Shown here in pieces: positions 1 through 9,339 of a DNA stretch of 64,000 nt. A program made the translations under genes and the position numbers. The DNA comes from an uncultured Gemmatimonadales bacterium (GTDB lineage: Bacteria; Gemmatimonadota; Gemmatimonadetes; Longimicrobiales; RSA9): the NCBI GenBank assembly GCA_963798085.1, contig CAWCRS010000003.1:128001-192000 (forward strand), given 5' to 3'. The notes beneath the pieces were generated by a model that was not told the origin of the DNA, ran no database searches, and was given only the letters and a program-made list of their open reading frames with translations. Positions within the stretch are counted from its first letter, which is position 1, and each line of letters opens with the position of its first letter.

Positions 1-2967
1 GTGGCGAGCCGAAGCAGCTGACCTGGTATCCCGGCGACGACCTCGTGCAGTACTGGACGCCCGACGGCAAAGGCGTCGTCATCACCTCGAACCGCAGCAG
101 CCACCCGTTCGGCTCACCGCTCTACGTCGTGCCCATCGATGGTGGCATTCCCACCGCGATGCCCATGGACTTCGGCCGTTCGGGCATGCTGAAGCAGGAT
201 GCCACGCTGGTCGCCTTCGATCGCTTCGGCATGAACGACACGCGTCACGGCTACCGCGGCAACAACAGCGGCGATGTCTGGGTCGAGGACCTGCGCACGA
301 AGAAGTTCACACAGCTGACGGACCCCAGCCTGGACGACTTCCGCCAGCACGTGCAGGACGGCAAGCCAATGTGGGGCGCGGACGGCATGATCTACTTCTC
401 CTCCGAGCGCAGCGGCATCTTCAACATCTGGAAGATCAGCCCCACCGGCGGCGCACCCGTGCAGGTGACGAACCACCGCACGGGCGGCATCAAGTACCCG
501 TCCATCAGCCCCGACGGCAAGACCATCACGTACACGGAGGACTACGAGCTGTACACGCTGGACGTGCCCGGTGGACAGCCGCACAAGGTCACGGTGAACC
601 TGTCCGTGGACCCGCCTGACAACCTGTTCGAGTACGTGCGCAGCGACAATCGCGCCGACGGCTTCTCGCCCTCGCCCGCTGGCGATCAGCTGGCGGTGGA
701 TTTCCGCGGCGAGATCTTCGTCGTGCCCGCGGATGCCGAGCTGGGCGACAAGACGCAGGTCACGCACTCGCCTCGCCGTGAGCGCTTCGAGCAGTTCTCG
801 CCCGATGGCAAACAGCTGGCGTACATCTCGGACGAGAGCGGCGATGAAGAAGTCTGGGTGTGGGACGCCACCACCGGCACGAAGCGCCAGCTCTCGCACC
901 ACGAGTCCTACAAGAACGACTTCCTGTGGTCGCCCGACGGCTCGCACATCGCTTTTGTCGGCGCTAACCGACTGTTCGAGATCGACGTGGCCGCCGCGAA
1001 GCAGCGCGAGCTGGAGTACAACATTGCCGGCGGCTACAACCTCAACGACTACTCGCCCGACGGCAAATGGCTCCTCTACACACGCAGCGATGCGGACCAG
1101 AACTCCGATGTCTACCTCTACGACATCACGGCCGCGAAGGAGTACGACCTCACGCCGAATCCATTCCGCGATCTGGGCGGGGAGCTGACGCCCGACGGGC
1201 GCAACCTGGTCTTCGAGTCCAACCGCGATGGCGGCACCAACCACCTGTTTGTCGTGTCCCTCGCCAAGCTGTCCGAGGACCCCGAAGACCCGCTCGTGCG
1301 CGCCCGGCACCGCTCGCCCGACGAGCAGGGCGGCGGCGGCCGTGGCGGCCAGGGCGGCGGCGGTGGTGCTGCAGTGCCGCAGGCCGGCCCCATCCACGTC
1401 GATGCCGATGGCATCGCGGACCGCGCCATCCAGCTGACCAGCGGCGACAACGGCGTCGGCCAGTTCTTCGTGTCGCGCGACGGCCGCACCATCTACTTCA
1501 CATCATCGCCGACAACGAAGGCCCGGCTCTGTTCGCCATCGGCATCGATGGCCGCGACCGCAGACGCGTCGCGGCCGGCGGCTTCGGCGCGCTCCAGCCC
1601 TCCCGCGACCGCCGCTGGATCTTCTACCGCCAGGGTGGCGCGGGCGGCCGCGGCGGCGGCCGCGGCCGCGGCGCCGGTCCGGGCGGCGGCGGCAACGGCA
1701 ACATCTACCGCATGTCCCGAACGGACAACCCCACCCGCAGCCGGTTAACTTCGCGTTTACGGTCGAGGTCGACCGCCGGGGCGAGTGGGCGCAGATCCTG
1801 GACGAGTCGTGGCGTGTCATGAAGTACCGCTTCTACGACCCCAACCTGAACGGCCGCGACTGGAACGGCGCACGCGCGCAGTACTCCGCCATGCTCAGGG
1901 ACGTCGCCAGCTATGAGGAGGTCTACGACCTGGCCAATGCCATGATCGGCGAACTGAACGCGTCGCACGTGGGCGTGAGCGGCCCGCCCAGCCGGCCCGA
2001 GCCCGCCAGCCTGCGTGCACACTACCTCGGCCTCGAGCTGGAACCCGCCAACGGCCGCTACCGCATCAGCACCATCTACCACGGCGGCCCCGCCGACAAG
2101 GAATGGCTGGGCATCGCAACAGGCGATTACGTCCTCGCCATCGACGGCACCGAGCTGAAGGCCGGCGACAATTACTGGAAGATCCTGAACCACGCGGTCA
2201 ACGACTTCATTCCCGTGCGTGTGGCAAAGAGCGCGAACGGCGATGGCACCCGTGACGTGCGTATCCACGCCGTCGAGTCCATGAACAACCTGAAGTACGA
2301 GAACTGGGTCGCCACCAACCGCGCGTTCGTGGACAAGGAGACGAACAAGCAGATCGCCTACGTCCACATTCGCGCCATGGACCAGCCATCGCTCGAGCGC
2401 TTCCGCAACGAGATCGACAGCTACTGGAACGCCAAGGGCATCATCGTCGACATCCGCTACAACGGCGGCGGCAACATCGATCAGGAGCTGCTCGACATCC
2501 TGCAGCGCCAGCCGTACCAGTTCTGGAACAGCCGCTGGGGCGCCCGTACCTGGGGGCGCCGCCCTCGCCAGGCCATAGCCGGACCCAAGGTGCTGCTCAC
2601 GAATCACCGCTCCGCTTCCGACAGCGAAGTCACACCCATGGGCTTCCGCCAGCTCGGCCTGGGCCGCATCGTGGGCACGCCCACCGCGGCCGCGGTCATC
2701 GCAACAGGCAGTTATGCGCTGATCAATGGCGGCTCCATCCGCACGCCGGGCTCACTCGTAATCACATACGATCCCACGAAGCCCAACAACTACGGCGTGA
2801 ACCTGGAGAACTACGGCGTCGCCCCCGATGTGATGGTGCGCAACACACCCGAGGATGAGCTGCGTGGCTTCGACCGCGAACTGAAAACCGCCATCGATGA
2901 AGCCATGCGCATGCTCAAGGAAGGCAAGTACCAGTTCAACGCGACACAGCAGAATGGCGGGAAATAG
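1..2967 (+). CDS. Tricorn-like S41 peptidase (PD40/TolB-like propellers, PDZ, S41 domain); 5'-partial, two apparent frameshifts (~1500-1510, ~1730-1745)
   Basis: Repeated SPDG propeller motifs in ORF 45..1748; continues in frame 1067..1822, then frame 1819..2967 with YRFYDP, IGELNASH, DIRYNGGG and SASDSE. Confidence 0.88.
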
Positions 2968-2981
2968 CTGCTAACGGCGAA

Positions 2982-3312
2982 GGCGTTGCTGGGGCTGGGG
3001 CTGGGGCTGGGGCTGGTTGCTGGGGAACGGACTGAAGCGGCGCCCATCGCTTGGGCCGGGGAACTCTCGAGTCGGGCCGCTTCCGGTGCGTGTGTTTCAG
3101 GCGACGATGTTCCGCCTGGATTCACGCGCACCGCCGCCTCCGCCGCGTACGAGTGTTCGCGGTCAACACGTACCGGGAGTCACTTCTCCAGCGGCACACC
3201 CAGGAACACTGTCGTCCGTTCCCGAGCAACCAGCCCAGCAACCAGCCCCAGCAACGACTTCAATCCGTTCGACACTTCCGTTCCCCAGCGCCCCAGCCCC
3301 AGCCCCAGAAGA
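2982..3312. repeat. Inverted pair of modular repeat arms flanking a ~185 bp unique core
   Basis: Left arm GGCGTTGCT(GGGGCT)4GGTTGCTGGGGAACGG 2982-3030; right arms CCGTTCCCGAGCAACCAGC.. 3216-3256 and CCGTTCCCCAGC..(CCCCAG)n 3278-3310. Confidence 0.85.
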
Positions 3313-3323
3313 CGGTCTCGCGA

Positions 3324-3863
3324 TCACTCAACCAGCGCCGCCAGCTTGAGAACGGTGTTCCAGTTCCGCGCGGTACCGCGCGTGTCCAGCTTCTTCTCGA
3401 TCAGCGCAGTCGTCAGTTTCGAGCGACCGACCCCGTCCGGGTACACCAGGTAGACGTGCCGGCCGCCCGTGCCGCGCACGGCCTCGCGACCCGATATCGC
3501 CTGGGCCAGCGCCTTGATGCGTGCGGAGGTGGGTGCTGACTTCAGTGTCATCACGAGCAGATGGCCGGGATCGGCCTTCGCTGCGGCGGGAAACGGATTG
3601 CCTTCAGTGACGGCGCGCCATTCCTTCGCGCTGCGCACGAAGAAGTCGGTCGCTACGCCCAGCTGCTCCTTGGTCGCGTCCTCCAGCAGCTTCTCCAGCC
3701 GGTCGGCGCGCTGATCACTGCGGAACACCAGGTTGCCGCTCTGCAGCAGCGTGCGCGGCTCCTCCAGGCCCAGGTCCTGGGCGAGGGCGCGCAGATCCGC
3801 CATGCCCACCTTGTTGAGGCCCGCCAGATTCACGGCCCGCAGCAGCGCGATGTGCATCGCCAT
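3324..3863 (-). CDS. DUF1697 family protein
   Basis: IALLRAVNL, LLQSGNLVF and terminal TARNWNTV motifs; GGAGG SD upstream of ATG 3863. Confidence 0.9.
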   Translation of the reverse strand: MAMHIALLRAVNLAGLNKVGMADLRALAQDLGLEEPRTLLQSGNLVFRSDQRADRLEKLLEDATKEQLGVATDFFVRSAKEWRAVTEGNPFPAAAKADPGHLLVMTLKSAPTSARIKALAQAISGREAVRGTGGRHVYLVYPDGVGRSKLTTALIEKKLDTRGTARNWNTVLKLAALVE

Positions 3864-4179
3864 CAAATCGACCTCCGGATCACGTTCGTTCACGCCCACT
3901 GCCAGTGGAATCCTCAAAACGAGGATCGCACGAACGGCACTCCCACCCCACCCACCCAAATGGAGCAGAGAATCCCGTCGCTGCGTGTGACCTTGATGCG
4001 CGACGGTGGGGGACAGTGGTTTTCCGGTTGCGCCGGGCGCGCCCGACCCGCCCAGCCGGTGGTTGCCCTCCTGCCCAGCGCCAGCGTGAGCACGGCCGCG
4101 GCGCATCACCGCTGTGCTGGAAGGGGAGAACTGACGCGCGATTAGCAACTGTCCCTCGCCCCGCGCAGCGCCTTGACCG

Positions 4180-4650
4180 TCAGCGTGGCACGCGCGGCAC
4201 CCAGCGTGGCACCCTGCGACAGTACTCCCGGTACGCTTCGCCGAATCTCCGCAGCAGCGCCGGCTCCTCGTAGAAGCGCACGAACAGATACTGCAACAGC
4301 ATGAGGATGACGAGATAGATCAGCAGATTGCGCGAGCGATAGAGCAGCGCTTCGCCCAGCACCGCACTCCACACGCCCAGATACATGGGATTGCGCACCC
4401 AGCGGTAAAGCCCGCGCATCACCAGTCGCTTCGGCGGGTCGATGGGCGCCGGCGTCGCCATGCCCGTGCGCGCGAAGTGCCAGAGACACCAGAAGTAGAT
4501 GGCCCCGCCCAGTGCCGCGAACACCAGACCAATCGCACGCCAGCCGCTCACGGCAAACGCCGCCTCCGGCTCGCGCACCAGCGCCGGCAGCCACAGCACG
4601 ACAGACCCCGGCACCACCACCGTGAACAGCAGGTTCTTCAGCAGCAGCAC
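4180..4650 (-). CDS. Isoprenylcysteine carboxyl methyltransferase (ICMT/PEMT) family membrane protein
   Basis: TPAPIDPP, GLYRWVRNPMY, EEPAL..RFG..Y..Y...VPRW. Confidence 0.9.
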   Translation of the reverse strand: MLLLKNLLFTVVVPGSVVLWLPALVREPEAAFAVSGWRAIGLVFAALGGAIYFWCLWHFARTGMATPAPIDPPKRLVMRGLYRWVRNPMYLGVWSAVLGEALLYRSRNLLIYLVILMLLQYLFVRFYEEPALLRRFGEAYREYCRRVPRWVPRVPR

Positions 4651-4829
4651 CGGCCACCTCCTTCACTGACCGTCCATTACGGTCGAACCTGCGCCCTGCT
4701 CAAACTTCACTCCTCATCGCCCGCGCACAACCGCCGAAAGCGCTGTGGCCCACGGGGCGCTGCGTGGGCCCCCGCGCCGCCAGCACGCCTGCGCGAGAAG
4801 GCAGGCGCAACAACCGATGCCTCGCGAAT

Positions 4830-4870
4830 CCGTTCCCGAGCAACCAGCCCGAGCCCCAGCCTCAGAAACG
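4830..4870 (+). repeat. Solo copy of the modular repeat arm
   Basis: CCGTTCCCGAGCAACCAGCCCGAGCCCCAGCCTCAGAAACG; first 19 nt identical to 3216-3234. Confidence 0.85.
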
Positions 4871-4939
4871 AACCAGCCATCGGCCCCTCGCTTCTTGTCC
4901 TGCCGGCCGCACGCTCCATATTGCCTACACGTAGACGCC

Positions 4940-5263
4940 ATGACGACCTCGCACTTCACCACCAGCGTCCTGCTCGCGATCCGCGAGCTCGACAACAATG
5001 CCTCCACCGTCGCCATCCGCAACGGCATCGAGGCACGGACGGGCCGCGCCGTCGCGCGTGGCGCGCTCTACACAACGCTCGCCCGCCTCGAAGACAAGGG
5101 CTGGCTGCGCTCGCGCATGGGCGAGAGCACACCCGTCCGCGGCGGCAAGCGCAAACGCTACTACCGCCTCACGCCCGCGGGCGTACGCGCCCTGGCCGAT
5201 GCGCGCGACGCGCTGACGGAAAACTGGCGCAGTCTCGGCCGGCTGCTCGACGATCTGCCATGA
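4940..5263 (+). CDS. PadR family transcriptional regulator
   Basis: GALYTTLARLEDKG..RGGKRKRYYRLT; ATGA overlap with the downstream permease. Confidence 0.92.
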   Translation: MTTSHFTTSVLLAIRELDNNASTVAIRNGIEARTGRAVARGALYTTLARLEDKGWLRSRMGESTPVRGGKRKRYYRLTPAGVRALADARDALTENWRSLGRLLDDLP

Positions 5264-7896
5264 AGCCCTCGCGCCTGCCGCCCCGGCTCGCAGTTCGCCT
5301 CATCGAGCGACTGCTGCCGGCGGGTGATTTCCGTGAAGCGCTGCTGGGTGATCTGCAGGAGGAATTCCTGCAGGCGAAGCAGCGCACGCGCTCGACCGCC
5401 GCGCTCTGGTACTGGTGGCATCTCGTGCTGCTGCTCCCATCGCTGTTGCGCACCGGCGCCCTGCTGCAACGCGGACAACCAACACGTCGCAAGGAGTCCA
5501 TCGTGGATACGTTGCGCAATGATGTGCGTTTCGCACTGCGCATGCTGCGGCGACGGCGGGCCTTCGCCTTCATTGCGCTGTTCACGATCGCGCTGGGCAT
5601 CGGATCCGCCACTGCCATCTTCAGTGTCGTCGATGGCGTATTGCTGCGCAGCCTGCCGTTTCCCGCGCCGGACCAGCTGGTGTCCGTGTACCGCTCGATT
5701 CCCCGATGGCGGGACGATCCCTTGTTCAAGGGGACCTGGGAGCAGGTCCCTCTCGCCTGGCCGGAATTCCGCGAATTCCGCGATCAGCAGTCGACCTTCG
5801 TCGCCGCAGGCGGCTGGCTGCTGGGCAGCGAAACGATCTCCGACGACAACGGCCCGCAGCTGGCCGAGGTCCTGCGTGCCACTGGTTCCCTGCTGACCGT
5901 GCTCGGCCTCGCACCCCGCGTGGGCCGCACCTTCCGTGTCGAGGAGGAAGGCTGGCCCGTCACCCGCGTGGTGATGATAACCGAAGAGTTATGGCGCTCG
6001 CGCTATGGCAGTCGTCCGGACATCACTTCGCAGTCCGTCACCCTGAGCGGCGACCGCTACGCCATCATCGGCGTGCTGCCCGCGGGCCTGCACGTGCCCC
6101 GCCTCCAGCAAACACCGGGTTACTGGGTGCCGGCCGGCAGTCGCGCGCGCGACACGACCCGTGAGGATCTGAACTACGAAACCATTGCCCGCCTCCGCTC
6201 CGGCGTAACCATGGAGCAGGCGAGGCTGGAAGCGGCGCGCATCTTCCGCTTCGGCGGACCGCCCGAGGCAGGCGACGCCCGCCTCGCCAGCCTGCAGGCG
6301 GACGCGGTGAAGAATGTGCGTCCGCCCTTCCTGCTGCTCCTGACCGCTGCCGGCCTGCTGCTGTTCATCAGCTGCGTCAACGTCGCGGCACTGATGCTGG
6401 GTGAGAACGCGTCGCGCGACGGCGAGCTGGCGTCGCGCATGGCGCTCGGCGCAGCGCGCGGTCGCCTGATCCAGCAATTGCTGACCGAGCAGGTCGTGCT
6501 CGCACTCGGCGGCGCACTGCTCGGCCTGCTGTTCGCGCACTGGGCGACACGCATGCTCGTGGCTCTCGCCCCTCCCGGAACGCCTCGCCTCGATGAGGTC
6601 GCCGTGAACTGGCGCAGCGCACTGTTCGCGCTCGCGGCGGCGCTCAGCACGGCGCTGCTCTTCGGCGTCGCGCCGGCTTTCACACTGGTGCAGGGAAATG
6701 TCAGCGCGGTGCTGCGTTCCACCCGCATGAGTCAGCGCCGGGGCAGGCTGCAGCGCACCGCTGTGGCCGTGCAGCTGGCGCTCGCCGTGGTGCTCCTCGC
6801 CGGCGCCACGCTGCTGGTGCGCAGCCTGCTTCGCCTGCGCAGCGAGCCCGTCGGCTTCCGCGCGCAGCGCCTGGTGCACGTGCAGCCCTTCCTCGGAGCG
6901 AACTACGCGCAGAGCCTGCAGCAGCGCGCCTTCTTCACGCAGGTGCTGGCCAGCGTTGCCGCACTGCCCGGCGTCGAGGCCGCGACCGTCAGTTCCAGCG
7001 TGCCGTTCACCGATGGCGGCAGCGGCACGACCATCGAAATCGATCATGATGGCACGCCGCAGAAGAGCGCGGCCCAGTGGCGTGTGGTGATGCCGCAATA
7101 CCTCCAAACACTGGGCTTGCCCCTGCTCGAAGGCCGTGACTTCACGCCCGCCGACAACGCGGGCAGTGCGCGCGTTACGCTGGTGAGCGCTTCCCTCGCC
7201 CGCAGCGCATGGCCCGGGCGGTCTGCCGTGGGCCAGCGGCTGCGCGTCGATAACGAGTGGCGCGAAGTGGTCGGGGTTGTAGGCGACGTGCGCTTCCGCA
7301 GTCTTGCGCAGCCTCTACCCGCTACGTTCTATCTGCCTGCGGAACAGACCAGGCGGGCAGGCTTCGACATCGTACTGCGTGTGAATGGCGATCCGGCAGC
7401 AGCCATCGCTGCCGTCCGGCAGCGCATCCATATTGTCGACCCCACCGTCGCGATCTTCCGCGCCGAGGTCGTATCCACACTCATCGAGCGCACGCTCGCG
7501 CCGCAGCGTTTCCGCACCGCCATCACCGCCTTCTTCGCCATCATCGCGGCGCTGCTCACGGGCGCGGGCCTGTACGGCGTCGCTTCTGATGCGGTCATGC
7601 GCCGCCTGCGCGAGATGGCCATCCGCATGGCGCTGGGCGCAAGTGGCACGTCTGTGGTTCGCCTCATGGTGCGCGCCACCACCACGGTGGGCCTGGCCGG
7701 CGCCCTCGCCGGCGTGCTGGGCGCACGGCTCGGCGCGCGCGCGCTGCGGCCCTTCCTCTACCAGGTGGGCCCGGCCGATCCGCTGTCCTATCTGCTTGTT
7801 AGTGCGGCCGCTCTGCTGCTCACCATGCTGGCCGCCTGGATCCCGGCCCGCCGCGCCGCACGCACTCAGCCCGCCGAGCTGCTGCGCTCCGACTGA
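5260..7896 (+). CDS. ADOP-type duplicated orphan ABC permease (MacB/FtsX-like)
   Basis: DVRFALR, ALGIG..TAIFSVVDGVLLRSLP, two RMALGA motifs, WIPARRA C-terminus. Confidence 0.92.
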   Translation: MKPSRLPPRLAVRLIERLLPAGDFREALLGDLQEEFLQAKQRTRSTAALWYWWHLVLLLPSLLRTGALLQRGQPTRRKESIVDTLRNDVRFALRMLRRRRAFAFIALFTIALGIGSATAIFSVVDGVLLRSLPFPAPDQLVSVYRSIPRWRDDPLFKGTWEQVPLAWPEFREFRDQQSTFVAAGGWLLGSETISDDNGPQLAEVLRATGSLLTVLGLAPRVGRTFRVEEEGWPVTRVVMITEELWRSRYGSRPDITSQSVTLSGDRYAIIGVLPAGLHVPRLQQTPGYWVPAGSRARDTTREDLNYETIARLRSGVTMEQARLEAARIFRFGGPPEAGDARLASLQADAVKNVRPPFLLLLTAAGLLLFISCVNVAALMLGENASRDGELASRMALGAARGRLIQQLLTEQVVLALGGALLGLLFAHWATRMLVALAPPGTPRLDEVAVNWRSALFALAAALSTALLFGVAPAFTLVQGNVSAVLRSTRMSQRRGRLQRTAVAVQLALAVVLLAGATLLVRSLLRLRSEPVGFRAQRLVHVQPFLGANYAQSLQQRAFFTQVLASVAALPGVEAATVSSSVPFTDGGSGTTIEIDHDGTPQKSAAQWRVVMPQYLQTLGLPLLEGRDFTPADNAGSARVTLVSASLARSAWPGRSAVGQRLRVDNEWREVVGVVGDVRFRSLAQPLPATFYLPAEQTRRAGFDIVLRVNGDPAAAIAAVRQRIHIVDPTVAIFRAEVVSTLIERTLAPQRFRTAITAFFAIIAALLTGAGLYGVASDAVMRRLREMAIRMALGASGTSVVRLMVRATTTVGLAGALAGVLGARLGARALRPFLYQVGPADPLSYLLVSAAALLLTMLAAWIPARRAARTQPAELLRSD

Positions 7897-8066
7897 TGCG
7901 GCGACCGGGCTCACCGGGTAATCAGCCCCCACGATCTCCCTCGTGCGTCGAGCGCCGGCGGGTCGAATACCGTTGTCGTTCGGCCAGTCTTGCTGGGGAT
8001 ACTTCGCACGTGCCATTGTGGGCGTCACCATTTTCACCCAGCAGGGGAGAAGCCGGTCCGGATGCC

Positions 8067-8924
8067 TTGAGAAAACGCAGGCTGGCCGCACTGCTGGCGC
8101 TGGCGCTGCCAGTCGCCCTGACCTTCTGGTCGGCATACGTCGAACCGGGTCGGCTGGTGCTCAAGCAGGTCGAGATCGCCGTGCCCAACTGGCCCGCGCA
8201 GCTCGACGGACTGCGCTTCGCGCTCATGTCCGATCTGCACGTCGGCTCGCCTCGCCACGGCCTGGCTAACCTCGAGTCAGTCGTGCGCACGGTGAATGCC
8301 GCACATCCGGACATTGTGCTCATTCCCGGCGACCTCGTCATTCGCCGCGTGCTGGGCGGCAGGTTCGTGGAGCCCGAGCCGATCGCCCGTGAACTCGCGA
8401 AACTGCAGGCGCCGCTCGGCGTCTACGCGGTCCTCGGCAACCATGACTGGTGGTATGACGCGAAGCGCGTGAGCGAAGCACTGCGCGCTGCGGGCATCCC
8501 CGTGCTCGACGACCGCTCGCAGGTGATCGAGGCTCGCGGCACCCGATTCTGGCTCGCCGGCGTCAGCGACTTCTGGGAGGGCGCGCACGACATCCGCGCG
8601 GCGCTCGCCGACGTGCCCGGGACCGCACCCGTCATCCTGTTCACGCACAACCCGGACATCTTCCCCGGTGTGCCCGCCCGGGTGAGCCTGACCGTGGCAG
8701 GCCACACACACGGCGGGCAGGTGCGCTTGCCATGGTACGGGCCGCCCGTCGTGCCTTCGCGCTACGGCCGACGTTACGCCGCCGGCCACGTCGTGGAGCG
8801 CGGCCGCCACCTCTTCGTGACCACGGGTCTGGGAACGAGCATCCTGCCCGTGCGCTTCGGCGTTCCGCCCGAAGTCGCCATCCTGACCTTGCGACCCGCT
8901 GCTGTCTCCGCTGCCGCCCGCTGA
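8067..8924 (+). CDS. Metallophosphoesterase (YkuE/YaeI-like) with N-terminal membrane anchor; start approximate
   Basis: SDLH, GDL, GNHD, HNPD, GHTHGGQ motifs. Confidence 0.9.
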   Translation: MRKRRLAALLALALPVALTFWSAYVEPGRLVLKQVEIAVPNWPAQLDGLRFALMSDLHVGSPRHGLANLESVVRTVNAAHPDIVLIPGDLVIRRVLGGRFVEPEPIARELAKLQAPLGVYAVLGNHDWWYDAKRVSEALRAAGIPVLDDRSQVIEARGTRFWLAGVSDFWEGAHDIRAALADVPGTAPVILFTHNPDIFPGVPARVSLTVAGHTHGGQVRLPWYGPPVVPSRYGRRYAAGHVVERGRHLFVTTGLGTSILPVRFGVPPEVAILTLRPAAVSAAAR

Positions 8925-8970
8925 GTGCGTCAGTCTTGCGATAACACATGCAGTGTAGTACTAATAGGCC

Positions 8971-9339
8971 ATGCCGCCCGCACTCGGTCAGTTCGAACAC
9001 CTCATCCTGCTGGCACTGCTCGACCTGCCCGCCGGGCAGGCCTACGGCGTGCCCATCCGTGAACTCATCGAAGAGCGGACGGGCAGGCGAGTGTCGGCAG
9101 GCGCGGTCTACACAGCGCTCAGTCGACTGCAGGCGAAGGGCTTCGTGTCCAGCCGGCTGGGTGACCCGACGCCCGAGCGCGGCGGCCGCAGCAAACGGCT
9201 CTACCACCTGGAAACGGACGGCGCGCGCGTGCTGGCGGAGTCCGTGCAGGCGCTCTCCGACATGTCGCTCGGTGTGGTGCACCGCCTCAGCCCGCAGTTC
9301 GCCGCCGGCAGCACACGACGCAGGGGAAAGCACTCGTGA
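8971..9339 (+). CDS. PadR family transcriptional regulator
   Basis: LGQFEHLILLALL, AYGV.I, GAVYTALSRL, RGGRSKR. Confidence 0.92.
   Translation: MPPALGQFEHLILLALLDLPAGQAYGVPIRELIEERTGRRVSAGAVYTALSRLQAKGFVSSRLGDPTPERGGRSKRLYHLETDGARVLAESVQALSDMSLGVVHRLSPQFAAGSTRRRGKHS

Noticed and set aside
2986..3453. ORFs with LGLGLG or PSPSP runs, also near 48941-49299
   Set aside because: Translations of the hexamer repeat, not genes
4477..5259. N-terminal extension of the 1139-aa permease ORF
   Set aside because: Overlaps the ICMT gene, a repeat and padR; the coupled ATG at 5260 is the better start
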